40,547 nucleotides of DNA from Bacteroidota bacterium (GTDB taxonomy: Bacteria > Bacteroidota > Ignavibacteria > UBA10030 > SZUA-254). Where the stretch lies: positions 1-40,547 of the forward strand of contig DATDQD010000096.1 of NCBI GenBank assembly GCA_035292425.1, given 5' to 3'. This document shows, piece after piece, positions 7,936 through 16,786 of this stretch (its first letter is position 1; every line of letters begins with the position of its first letter). Both the position numbers and the translations under genes were made by a program. The notes under the pieces were generated by a model. The model was given only the letters and a program-made list of their open reading frames with translations, had not been told where the DNA came from and did not search any database.

Positions 7936-9882
7936 TCAGGGTTTCTTTACAATCGAGGCGACCGCCTTGTCCGCGAGAACGATTTTATCCACAAAACCGC
8001 GGTATTCATCGTATCGCTCCGGCGGTAACTCCAGCGCGGAGAGCTCCATGCGTCGGGTGAACAGGAGTGTCGAATCGTCCGGAGCCGTGACCTCCGATCT
8101 GTAGTGACCGAAATCGGTCCGCAGTTCGACCGGTTTCGCGTACGCCTCTACGACGTACCCCGGCGGATACGAGAATCGGACGGTGTCCACGTCCGCGTAC
8201 CGGTAGCTGAACCGTATGGGGGATTTTCTCTTCTCCAGGGATTTTGGAACGTAACTTCGTCGTTCCATGAGGTTGGGACTGAATACCAGTCGTTTCCCCG
8301 GCGCAGAGGCGTAACGCGGAATCTCGATATCGAACCGCAGGGCGACCTCCGATACCCGGGGCCGTATCCCCGAATAATCCGCCGACCGGAGCGAGAACGC
8401 GGGGAGGTCGACGTTTTCCCGGAGCCATTGGTCCCGTTCCGCGGGAGTGGCGTTCAGGAGCGCACCCCTCACGTAATCCTGCTGATTCCCGGAATACGAC
8501 GTTGTCACGCTGGCAACGGCGTTCCCGCTGCGGTCCAGCGTCACTTTCGTGTTCCGGACCTGAGTGTTCTCGCCGGCTTCGCTCACCGGAGTCGGGACCG
8601 GGTATCCGCCGTCGGGTTGGATGAGAAGCGCGAACCGGTTCTCGTTGTCGCTCCCGAGGTGGTCGAACGGCGACTCCTGGCTTGTGCACTCGAGCCAGAT
8701 GCTGTCCGGACCGAGGGGGACGCAGAGCACGACATGATTGAATTGCTGCGACGGGAAATCCCTCAGCTCGTTCAGGGCCAGGCGGCCGCTTGAGATCAGC
8801 GCGAAGCGGGAAGAAACGCCCGCCGATTCAAGCAGGGCCTTCATGTAATTCGCCAGGGCCTTGCAGTCTCCGTACCTGCGCTGGTGGACGTAGCGGGCAT
8901 CGAACGGCTGCCAGCCCCCGATGCCCAGCTGGATGCTGACGTACCGCGTGTGAGACTGCAGATACTCGTAGAGAACCCGGACCGTATCACGCCTGTCCGC
9001 AGCGCCCTTCAAGAGTCCGGCGACTTCCCCGAGCGCCTCCGCGGGCAGTTCCTGTTTCCCGCCGGCCAGCTCGCCGAACCACTGACCGAAGGCCTTCCAC
9101 GATGTCAGGTCCCCCGGGTGCCCGTCGATGTCGAATTTCCCCGGGGCGATGACGACCCGGACCGGCCGGTCGGCTTCCGGCGAACTGAGGGGTTCCTCCT
9201 CGAAGGGAAGCATCGATCGGGCCTCCCATGTGTACGCCCTCCTGTCCCCATCGGAAGAAGCCTGCGGCTCCCCGATCCCTTTCGTCCAGAATCTCAGGTT
9301 CATCCCCTCCGGGAGCGTCACGGTAAATACCGACCGTTCGACGGATGCGTGCTCTTCATGGGGGTACCATGCCGGCCACCCGAGGTACCCGTCATACCGG
9401 AGGGTGTAGGAATAGTCGACCGTATAGGGAACGGCGCCATGATACATGGCGGCGGTTTTCACGCGATTGTCATCATACAGGGAATACTCCGACGTGGCGG
9501 GATAATCCTCAATATCGCTCTCCTCCAGTCTGCGGAGTTTCTTCCCTTCTCCGTCATAGAGGACCCCCTCCATCTCGGCAATGCTCTGGAACCTGTCGTA
9601 CGGGAGGAAGAGCTCCGTGAAACCCCTGCCTTCCGGCTTGAGGACCGTGACGATACGGCGCACCCTGAACTCGGCCCGTTTGACGCTGAACACTTCAAGG
9701 GAGAATTCTTCATGGCGGATGACGGCATGGGCGTCGACGGTCAGCTCCTTCGGGATGGCGGAGGCGAGGTACACGGACTCCGGGACTCCGCCGCCCTGAA
9801 GACCCGGAGACGCTGACAGCATCGTCAAGAACACCCACTGCATCACCAACACGAACGCCATGAGCCGGTTCCCCATATTCAT
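7936..9882 (-). CDS. DUF3857 / transglutaminase-like / DUF3858 secreted protein with an apparently intact Cys-His core
   Basis: It has a signal peptide. The transglutaminase-core motifs are RRYGDCKALANYMKALLESAG (Cys) and QFNHVVLCV (His), followed by IWLECTS. Its start overlaps the upstream stop in an ATGA (9879-9882). Confidence 0.75.
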   Translation of the reverse strand: MNMGNRLMAFVLVMQWVFLTMLSASPGLQGGGVPESVYLASAIPKELTVDAHAVIRHEEFSLEVFSVKRAEFRVRRIVTVLKPEGRGFTELFLPYDRFQSIAEMEGVLYDGEGKKLRRLEESDIEDYPATSEYSLYDDNRVKTAAMYHGAVPYTVDYSYTLRYDGYLGWPAWYPHEEHASVERSVFTVTLPEGMNLRFWTKGIGEPQASSDGDRRAYTWEARSMLPFEEEPLSSPEADRPVRVVIAPGKFDIDGHPGDLTSWKAFGQWFGELAGGKQELPAEALGEVAGLLKGAADRRDTVRVLYEYLQSHTRYVSIQLGIGGWQPFDARYVHQRRYGDCKALANYMKALLESAGVSSRFALISSGRLALNELRDFPSQQFNHVVLCVPLGPDSIWLECTSQESPFDHLGSDNENRFALLIQPDGGYPVPTPVSEAGENTQVRNTKVTLDRSGNAVASVTTSYSGNQQDYVRGALLNATPAERDQWLRENVDLPAFSLRSADYSGIRPRVSEVALRFDIEIPRYASAPGKRLVFSPNLMERRSYVPKSLEKRKSPIRFSYRYADVDTVRFSYPPGYVVEAYAKPVELRTDFGHYRSEVTAPDDSTLLFTRRMELSALELPPERYDEYRGFVDKIVLADKAVASIVKKP

Positions 9883-11918
9883 TTTCCTCCGGATCCCGTT
9901 TCGCCCCGGCGCCGGAGCACCATCGGCTCCGTTCCCGAGGTCACGATCCTGTCGTACATTGCGCGCAGGGACGCGTATTCATTGGGATTGAACATGAGCT
10001 GCCGGATGGCGGTTCTGGTCTGATACTGCACCTGGGGATGGGCGGCCTGGATCCGCCGGGTGAAGGATCCGCCGTTATTCGTCAGGGCGGCGTTGATGTC
10101 GGGCGGACGTTCGACCACCTCATAGTGTTCGGGCAGGGTGAAATTGACGACGGACGACCTGGAGATACCGTATCCGTAATCAACGGGATACCGCCGCTGT
10201 TCCCTCTTGAACGGATTCTCCCCTACGGTAAAAATGTTCGGGTTGAGATACATGAACGAATCGAGGACCTGAACGTGGGAATTCATGGTGATGGCTGCGC
10301 GCACACTGAGGGGAAGATCGATGCTGTCCAGGTTTTCCACGACGATGGAATCCGCCGTGAATCCGGATTGGGAACTTTCAAAATACGATTTGACAAAATC
10401 GGGATGCTTCGTCTCACCGAGCGACTTCCTCGCCTCGTACGCCGCATACTCCTTGAAATTCAACACGAGCGTCCCCTCGATCACCCCGTCGTCCCGGAGA
10501 GTCATCGTCGCCATTTTCTCGATTTCACTCTTCCCCGGAGGCTCGATGTTCACCCAGACGGGGGTCTCGTTCCTGATGAGAAGACCGGAATGATTGAGCG
10601 CCTGGGGGGGGAGGAGATGGTACGGACGCAGCCGGTCGGTCGCGTCCATCATGATCCACTTCCCGCCCGCCATCGCCGCGCAGATGACATCGTTGAACTG
10701 ATCCGCCATGGGATAAATCCGCTGGATTCTCCCGTGGCCGCGGGTGCTGATGAGGACCGGGGCTGCTTCAATTCCGGCCGAGCGCAGCAACGCGATCAGG
10801 AGCAGGTTGATATCGCCCGTTCCTCCCTTCCTGACTTTCAGGACGTCATCCAGGTCGCCCGAACCGAACACGGAATACCTCCCGTCCCACACGATTGTCG
10901 AACTCACGTAACGATGCAACGCGGCAAGTTTCCCGAGGGTATCCGGGATCCCCGAACAGAGCGACTGCGCCAGCCGGGTGATGTCCCCCGAACCCTCCAG
11001 GGCGCCTCCGAAGAGCTTGTGATCCATGAGTTCCTCGACGAGTTTCTCCCACGATTGGAGCACCTTCACCGGCATCTCGCCCGGCCACTGGACCTGGCTC
11101 AGTTGAAACGTCACATTGGCCGTGTAGTCCCGGGCAGTCGTCATGTACTCTTCCTCCCGAACGGCCGGCATATCCTTCATCACCCACCGCGAGGCCGCGA
11201 CATCCACAATTTGCATGCCATAGGCGGTTTTGAACGCCTGTTTCCGGGTTCCCGACGTCTCGACATAAAATTTCTGGAACCCCGGGAAACTGACGAACGC
11301 ATAACCGAAGACACCGGGGATCTGCACCTCAAACTCGCTCCAGAGTGTCGGTTCGGAGTCCTGGAAGTACCAGTTCGGGAAATAATAGGCGTTCGTCGAT
11401 CGTTTCTTATAACGATATTCAACGATACACCCGGGCGCGAGCGATGGGAGCGTAAACTTGATCCGCTTCACGGACTCTCCGATGTTCTCCTCGAAGATGT
11501 CGTCACTGTTCAGTTTATTCCTGACGATATTTCCGTCCGGCCCGAGGACCATGGTCAGACCTTCGAGATCATCGATCTCCTGCACCTCGTCGTAGAAGGA
11601 AAGGGATACCGTGCCGAAACCGAATCCCGCGGCATTCAGTATTTTGATCCGGCGATGAAGGGTGAAGATGAGATTGAACTCTTCGTCGAAGGTCGCATAG
11701 CCGCGCTCGTAGAGGACGACGGCCGTGGCATTTTCGTCCCCGGGATATGTCGTGTCGCGCAGCTCCGCGACGGACACTTGCCCCCAGGTGACTTTCATGT
11801 CCTCGGGTTGTTGCCGCGGAATTCCGGCGCCGGACTCCGCGACAAACACCGGTACAACGATGGCCGCCAGGCATATGAAGAGGAAAGGGGACTTCGGGGA
11901 CACGGGACGGGAGAGCAT
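9879..11918 (-). CDS. DUF3857 / degenerate transglutaminase-like / DUF3858 secreted protein (catalytic Cys and His replaced)
   Basis: It has a signal peptide (FLFICLAAIVVPVFVAES) and the same overall architecture as its neighbour. The Cys position reads KGGTGDINLLLIALLRSAG and the His position reads QFNDVICAA, while MMDATD is retained. Confidence 0.7.
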   Translation of the reverse strand: MLSRPVSPKSPFLFICLAAIVVPVFVAESGAGIPRQQPEDMKVTWGQVSVAELRDTTYPGDENATAVVLYERGYATFDEEFNLIFTLHRRIKILNAAGFGFGTVSLSFYDEVQEIDDLEGLTMVLGPDGNIVRNKLNSDDIFEENIGESVKRIKFTLPSLAPGCIVEYRYKKRSTNAYYFPNWYFQDSEPTLWSEFEVQIPGVFGYAFVSFPGFQKFYVETSGTRKQAFKTAYGMQIVDVAASRWVMKDMPAVREEEYMTTARDYTANVTFQLSQVQWPGEMPVKVLQSWEKLVEELMDHKLFGGALEGSGDITRLAQSLCSGIPDTLGKLAALHRYVSSTIVWDGRYSVFGSGDLDDVLKVRKGGTGDINLLLIALLRSAGIEAAPVLISTRGHGRIQRIYPMADQFNDVICAAMAGGKWIMMDATDRLRPYHLLPPQALNHSGLLIRNETPVWVNIEPPGKSEIEKMATMTLRDDGVIEGTLVLNFKEYAAYEARKSLGETKHPDFVKSYFESSQSGFTADSIVVENLDSIDLPLSVRAAITMNSHVQVLDSFMYLNPNIFTVGENPFKREQRRYPVDYGYGISRSSVVNFTLPEHYEVVERPPDINAALTNNGGSFTRRIQAAHPQVQYQTRTAIRQLMFNPNEYASLRAMYDRIVTSGTEPMVLRRRGETGSGGK

Positions 11919-12123
11919 ATTCTGTGTTCCTTCGCTGTGAGACGATGGCCCTTCGATTGGCCATAGTATATATCTTTCCCTGCAAAATCAACAAATTTCC
12001 TAAAATTAGGATACCGACGGCAAGGGTGTTACATTGTATCAGGATGGCACGGAAACAGGCTCGAAATCGCTGTCCCGGGCAATACAACTGCAACTCACCG
12101 TTCGATATCACAGAGGAAACCGA

Positions 12124-12357
12124 TTGAAGATCATCGCACGCAATTTATCGAGGGAAATCACGGAAAAGGACCTGCGCACCGAATTCGGGGCATTCGGGGA
12201 GGTTTCGTTCATCAATCTCGTATGGGACCGTTTCGACAGGACTTCCGCGGGATTCGGCATTATCGAGATGCCGGCACCGGCTGAGGCAACATCGGCCATC
12301 GCCGGTCTGGACGGGAAGAAATTAAAAGGACGCAGCGTAACCGTCAACGCGGCGTAA
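12124..12357 (+). CDS. Small RNA-recognition-motif (RRM) RNA-binding protein
   Basis: RNP2-like KIIARNL and RNP1-like AGFGIIEM, with an ending typical of bacterial Rbp proteins (GKKLKGRSVTVNAA). I place the start at TTG 12124, which follows GAGGAAA with about 6-nt spacing. The track ORF begins at another TTG (12034) and adds a non-RRM, low-quality N-terminus. Confidence 0.75.
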   Translation: MKIIARNLSREITEKDLRTEFGAFGEVSFINLVWDRFDRTSAGFGIIEMPAPAEATSAIAGLDGKKLKGRSVTVNAA

Positions 12358-12435
12358 ACCCCGTCAGGGCGGGCTTCCGGCGAATGCCGGGCGCAGACGA
12401 AACAACCGTTCATCCTGAAGCACTGGAGGTACCCG

Positions 12436-12618
12436 TTGAAATTACAGATTGACCCCAAGCTCCCGCCGGACAGGTGGGAATTCTACAAAGACCGGACGGA
12501 ACAGTGGCAGTGGAGGAAATTCGCGGAGAAGAAAGTCGTTGCCGTCTCGGGCGACGGGTTCTACTCGAAGCGGGCCTGCGTGACCGATGCGCGGGGAAGG
12601 GGATACCCGGGATCCTGA
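12436..12618 (+). CDS. DUF1508 / YegP-like small protein
   Basis: WEFYKDRTEQWQWRKFAEKKVVAVSGDGFYSKRACVTDA matches the YegP repeat pattern (F.iYKD..g.wrWr....g.iiA.s.egY.sk..c). The TTG start is preceded by GGAGG at 6-nt spacing. Confidence 0.55.
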   Translation: MKLQIDPKLPPDRWEFYKDRTEQWQWRKFAEKKVVAVSGDGFYSKRACVTDARGRGYPGS

Positions 12619-12637
12619 TTCCCGGATCCCCGATCCC

Positions 12638-12883
12638 CTATTTCATCACCACCATCTTCATGGTCTCCGAAAACCCCCTCGTCATAATCCTATAGAAATA
12701 TATTCCGCTCGGGACACCCCGGGCATTCCATTCAACGGTGTGCTTCCCGGCTTCTCTCCACTCATGAACAAGCGCGGCAATCTCCCGACCGAATATATCG
12801 AAAATCCTCACACTGACCGTGCCGGACGTCGGCAATGAGTAAGTGACCGATGTCGATGGATTGAAGGGATTGGGGTAGTTTTG
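12638..12883 (-). repeat. T9SS CTD-coding segment, copy 1 of a dispersed paralogous repeat
   Basis: The 81-codon CTD aligns without gaps to the CTD of the adjacent gene. I counted 58 of 81 identical residues by hand, and there are long near-identical DNA runs such as ccgggcattccattcaac.gtgtgcttcccg. Confidence 0.6.
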
Positions 12884-14536
12884 ACAGAGTGAGAATGCCG
12901 GCGGCAGGCTGGAATTGTTCTCTCCAACATCTGTCAGCGCAGTACCAAAAGTTTTATCCGTCCCGTAGAAGACACCATTGATATTCCCGGCGGCTATCCT
13001 GTAATGATACGTCGTATTGGGCGACAATCCGGTTATAATACCAAGAATGTTTCCAAAGAGGGTGGCGGCATAGACCGACTCGACATCGGTACTCGATCCG
13101 TACGAGTCGGTCGTCCCGTATTCAAACCAGGCTGCTGAATTATTGCCGTTCGGACTCACGGTGCCCGACAAATGCGCCGAAGCGACCGATGGAAAGCGAA
13201 CCGCATCCACATCAGCCATCGGTAGCGGGGAATTGTTCGGAGCTTGGGTGATGATTAAAAAAGTGTTGAGTGCGGGATTATCGAGGACGAATGAAGTCTC
13301 TGTTTTCATGTCGATATTTACTACCATCCCCCCGAATCCATCCGTGAGAACCGCACTTCCATCGTACAGAGCCCCGATATCGGGCCACTCGAATGTCACG
13401 GGCAGACCGATTGAGCCGGGTTGGACCTTCACCATGAACGTGTCGGTCTGATTGGAATCGATCAGGGGGCGAAAATCCCTGTACAGCCCCTGGTCAAAAC
13501 AGCCCGGATTAAATCCGCGAGGATCCACAAATCTTACCTCAAAGACCCCGGAGGGGGGGAGAGGCGGAAGGTTCGATTCGCCCAAGGTATCGTCAACACA
13601 ATACGTCGCGCCGTCATAGACTCCCAACCAGAGTCTCCGGCCGTAGGGTGAGTTATTGTGAACAGAAAGACTGAACACAGATCCCCTGCCGCTGCCGGCA
13701 TTCAGATTGATCGTTCGGAAGGAATCAATCCCCGTGTAGGATGCCCCAAATCCATTCTGCGCCGCGAGCCGGAAGTAATAAACCGTTCCGGGTGACAGAC
13801 CCGATACCTGATCGTACGCGGGGAGGAAGTCGTTCCACGGCCCTATTGATTGAGCTGCAGTTGCCTCCCCAAGAAGAGGAGAATCTCCCCACTCGACCCA
13901 GAATGTGGTTTCAGATCCATGCGGGTTGACAAAAGCGGAGAAATCTGCGGAGACATGGCTAATGTTATATGCCTCCGATGCACTCCAGAAGTCCGGCACA
14001 TCGGATACGTTTGGAAACGATCGAATCATGATTTCAGCTGTCACTGGGGCGGGGAAATATACGCTGGATGTCCGCTTCATATCAAAGTTTTGTCCCGTAC
14101 TCACCGTAATGACATAAAACCGGATCTGGTCGGGAAAATATTGACCCAGGTCGGGCCAGGAGAGGGTCGATGGAAAAAGCGAACTGTCCACCGCGAACGA
14201 AATCTTCCACTCATTTCCGCCGTCCGATGACGGATGCGGCCGGATATCGCGCCTGGTCGCACCCCAGCCACATGCCGAATCGACAAATCCCGGGTTCATA
14301 AACCTGAAATGAAACCGACCGTTCAGCGTATCCCCCTGCATGTCGATTTCCCCGAGGTAATCATCTATGCAGTTCGTTGCTGAATGGTCTCTCCCGAACC
14401 AGATCGTATCCGACTGCCCGAGGGGATCGGCAATAACGAGCGGAACAACGAAATCGGATTGCCGGGCGGGTGAACGGAGAGGAAGGGCGAGGCTGCCAAT
14501 CGCCAGGATGAATATCAATATCTTGTAGTTTTTCAT
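12638..14536 (-). CDS. T9SS-sorted secreted protein with Fn3-like repeats
   Basis: The C-terminal type-A T9SS sorting domain reads QNYPNPFNPSTSVTYSL...GIYFYRIMT...MKMVVMK. Fn3-like signatures are TVYYFRLAAQNGFGASYTG and TTYHYRIAAGNINGVFYGTD. I prefer the start at 14536 (MKNYKILIFILAIGSLALP signal peptide, GAGGAGA Shine-Dalgarno) over the track start at 14572. Confidence 0.75.
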   Translation of the reverse strand: MKNYKILIFILAIGSLALPLRSPARQSDFVVPLVIADPLGQSDTIWFGRDHSATNCIDDYLGEIDMQGDTLNGRFHFRFMNPGFVDSACGWGATRRDIRPHPSSDGGNEWKISFAVDSSLFPSTLSWPDLGQYFPDQIRFYVITVSTGQNFDMKRTSSVYFPAPVTAEIMIRSFPNVSDVPDFWSASEAYNISHVSADFSAFVNPHGSETTFWVEWGDSPLLGEATAAQSIGPWNDFLPAYDQVSGLSPGTVYYFRLAAQNGFGASYTGIDSFRTINLNAGSGRGSVFSLSVHNNSPYGRRLWLGVYDGATYCVDDTLGESNLPPLPPSGVFEVRFVDPRGFNPGCFDQGLYRDFRPLIDSNQTDTFMVKVQPGSIGLPVTFEWPDIGALYDGSAVLTDGFGGMVVNIDMKTETSFVLDNPALNTFLIITQAPNNSPLPMADVDAVRFPSVASAHLSGTVSPNGNNSAAWFEYGTTDSYGSSTDVESVYAATLFGNILGIITGLSPNTTYHYRIAAGNINGVFYGTDKTFGTALTDVGENNSSLPPAFSLCQNYPNPFNPSTSVTYSLPTSGTVSVRIFDIFGREIAALVHEWREAGKHTVEWNARGVPSGIYFYRIMTRGFSETMKMVVMK

Positions 14537-14568
14537 AAAATCGTCTCCTCTGCCAATTTGGATGCGAT

Positions 14569-14814
14569 TCACTTCACCAACACCATTTTCTTGGTATCAG
14601 AAAATCGTTCAGTGGTAATTCGGTAGAGATATATCCCACTCGGGATACTCCGGGCATTCCATTCAACCGTGTGCTTCCCGACTTCTTTCCTCTCATGAAT
14701 GAGGGTGGCCACCTCACGGCCGAGTATGTCGAATATTCTCACACTGACCAGACCAGCCATTGACAATGAATACGTGATTGACGTTGACGGATTGAAGGGA
14801 TTCGGGTTGTTTTG
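14569..14814 (-). repeat. T9SS CTD-coding segment, copy 2 of a dispersed paralogous repeat
   Basis: See copy 1 (12638-12883). Both copies are on the same strand, 1.9 kb apart, at the 3' ends of adjacent genes. Confidence 0.6.
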
Positions 14815-16764
14815 ATATAACGTATATGATTGAGGCGCCGGATCATCACCAGGGTCTTCGACTGATACTACCCCGGAGATGGCGCGACGCCATACACCTC
14901 CGCGGGTTCCCGCAAATATATAGTCATCCTGTACTGAGAGGGAATACACGGGCAACGTGCTGCCTCCGAGATCATCACTGATCGATTCCCAGTTCATGCC
15001 CATATCAGATGAATGATAGACCCCCCTATTTGTTCCCATGAATAAATGATCCAGGTAGGATATCATTGAATAAATGTTGGTTGTGTGCGTGCTGTCAAAG
15101 GGTAAACCGTTATTCCGTGCCGACCAGGAACTTCCCATGTCCGTAGAAAGATAGATTCCGAGGTCAGTCCCCGCAATGAGCGTATCCCCAACCGTAAGAA
15201 GAGAGCGGGTGAATACATCTTCAGGTACACCTGAATCGCATCGAGTCCATGAGGTTCCATCATCATCAGATCGATAGATCGATCTTTGGCCGCCTGCGAA
15301 AATGGTATCCTGCATTGTCGCAAGAGAGGTGATCATCGTGTCTTTGAGGCCGATCAACGTCCATGATCGAGCACCATCCGTGGATTTGAATACCCCACCC
15401 CATTCACCAAATTGCCACCAATCGCCTCCTGTTCCGGCAAGGATGTTATCTTCCCTTATGACGATCGAATTGACCGGTGAAATGGCCGGGCTCGAATCTG
15501 CTTCCGTCCAATGAATTCCATCATCGGCCGATCGATAGATTTGATCCGTACCCGCAAGGAGCATACTATCGCCAAATGCAAAACAATTGAACCACCGAAC
15601 CGGCGAGAGGGAGTCAATCTCATGCCACGTATCCCCTCCATCGGGTGAATAGAACACGTTTTCAATAGATCCATTCCAATAATTGCTCCATCCCGATGCG
15701 ATGAGGTTCTGGTTGCCGATTGCCATTTTATACGCAATGAAATATCTTGGGTACCGAGTCAAGAGCGGATTCCAATGTGTGTCAATACCATTTGATTGAA
15801 ATAGGCCATCCAAGGTTGCCGCGAAGATTTTATTTTCGCTCACTGCAAAATCAAAAATGTAGGCGTAAGCCGACAGCCGGTCGATAAGTCGATCCCAATT
15901 GGTTCCAGAGTCGGTTGATATATAAATACTACCTCCATCGAGACCGGCCATGACTGTATTTTGATAAAGCCCCAGAGACCTGACGGACATGTAGAATCCG
16001 GGATTATACCCGGGCGGTAATCCCGTATTGACAGAATCCCAACTCAGCCCATGATTTATAGAGCGGTAGATACCGTAGCCATCTGTGCCAGCAAAAATAT
16101 TATTACCGTCTACCAAAAGTGTATTTACACGGGCGGGGCACCCATAAAAGCCAATAGGCAAACCCGAGTTAGATTGGACCCAATTCGTTCCATAATTTGT
16201 CGATCGGTAAATTCCACCAGAAGTCCCGATAATCATTGTTGTGTTCAGGGCGGTAATTGAAAAGATAGTGCTACAGAGTCCTTCCGGTAATCCGGAATTG
16301 ACTGAAATCCAACGATTACCTCCATCGCCTGATCTAACGACGCCGTAGTCAGAAGCGGCGAAGAGATATTCATTTAAGATTGTCAGTGAATTTATCTCCG
16401 CTCGTTCGGGTAATGTTGTATCATTTTTTATCCAATGGTCCCCATAATCAGTGGAGTGATATACTCCGGAATAATTGCCTGCATAAACGATCTTATCACT
16501 CATGAGGAGTGCATTCATATGAGAGTACGCATCACCGGCGGCAACTTCGGTCCAGTTTACACCGCCATCAAAAGAGCGGTAGATGCCGCCGCCTTGATAA
16601 GCACCTGTAAAAATAGTGTCGCCGGTAACAGCGACAGAAAGCAGTGCCACAGGGTTTAATGAAATCGGACCTGACGTCTGAATCCATTGTGCATCACTCA
16701 CGGGGGGTGATATGAACAGCGTGAATCCAACGAAAGTGAAGCATGCCTGAGGAGTCGCATTCAT
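14569..16764 (-). CDS. T9SS-sorted BNR/Asp-box (sortilin/Ycf48-like) beta-propeller repeat protein
   Basis: About 13 S-x-D-x-G-x-x-W-type Asp boxes are present (IYRSFDGGVNW, VYHSTDYGDHW, IYRSTNYGTNW, IYRSDDDGTSW, VYHSSDMGMNW and others). A C-terminal T9SS CTD follows (QNNPNPFNPSTSITYSL...). A GAGGTGA Shine-Dalgarno lies upstream of the ATG at 16764. Confidence 0.8.
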   Translation of the reverse strand: MNATPQACFTFVGFTLFISPPVSDAQWIQTSGPISLNPVALLSVAVTGDTIFTGAYQGGGIYRSFDGGVNWTEVAAGDAYSHMNALLMSDKIVYAGNYSGVYHSTDYGDHWIKNDTTLPERAEINSLTILNEYLFAASDYGVVRSGDGGNRWISVNSGLPEGLCSTIFSITALNTTMIIGTSGGIYRSTNYGTNWVQSNSGLPIGFYGCPARVNTLLVDGNNIFAGTDGYGIYRSINHGLSWDSVNTGLPPGYNPGFYMSVRSLGLYQNTVMAGLDGGSIYISTDSGTNWDRLIDRLSAYAYIFDFAVSENKIFAATLDGLFQSNGIDTHWNPLLTRYPRYFIAYKMAIGNQNLIASGWSNYWNGSIENVFYSPDGGDTWHEIDSLSPVRWFNCFAFGDSMLLAGTDQIYRSADDGIHWTEADSSPAISPVNSIVIREDNILAGTGGDWWQFGEWGGVFKSTDGARSWTLIGLKDTMITSLATMQDTIFAGGQRSIYRSDDDGTSWTRCDSGVPEDVFTRSLLTVGDTLIAGTDLGIYLSTDMGSSWSARNNGLPFDSTHTTNIYSMISYLDHLFMGTNRGVYHSSDMGMNWESISDDLGGSTLPVYSLSVQDDYIFAGTRGGVWRRAISGVVSVEDPGDDPAPQSYTLYQNNPNPFNPSTSITYSLSMAGLVSVRIFDILGREVATLIHERKEVGKHTVEWNARSIPSGIYLYRITTERFSDTKKMVLVK

Positions 16765-16786
16765 TTCATCACCTCATATTCGATGT

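Noticed and set aside
4721-9816. A series of long plus-strand ORFs (4721-5449, 5528-6394, 6842-7807, 8104-8793, 8884-9816)
   Set aside because: All are antisense to well-supported minus-strand genes (DUF4965, MATE, TGase-like). Their sequences are Arg/Pro/Gly-biased with no motifs.
10038-11966. 642-aa plus-strand ORF
   Set aside because: It is antisense to the 9879-11918 gene. Its translation is Arg/Gly/Pro/His/Asp-rich with no recognisable motifs. The minus-strand product has a signal peptide and DUF3857/transglutaminase-like features. It is a typical mirror ORF of GC-rich DNA.
12044-12058. TGGCACG upstream of the RRM gene
   Set aside because: The -12 region reads CAGG, so only one conserved base matches. 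It is probably a chance -24-like match.
12034-12123. The 30-codon N-terminal extension of the RRM ORF as listed in the track
   Set aside because: The extension (MYQDGTETGSKSLSRAIQLQLTVRYHRGNR) lies outside the RRM fold and also starts at a TTG without a Shine-Dalgarno. The TTG at 12124 has a GAGGAAA Shine-Dalgarno and gives a canonical ~77-aa Rbp.
12607-12630. GGGATCC / GGATCCC hairpin between convergent genes (possible bidirectional terminator)
   Set aside because: The stem is short and there is no T or A run. It overlaps the stop codon of the DUF1508-like ORF. The support is too weak to call.
14537-14572. The upstream start (14572) of the Fn3-like cargo gene, and similarly 19349-19420 for the DUF3160-like gene
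   Set aside because: The extra residues precede clear signal peptides that begin at internal Met codons with good Shine-Dalgarno sites. The longer versions are likely ORF-caller artefacts.
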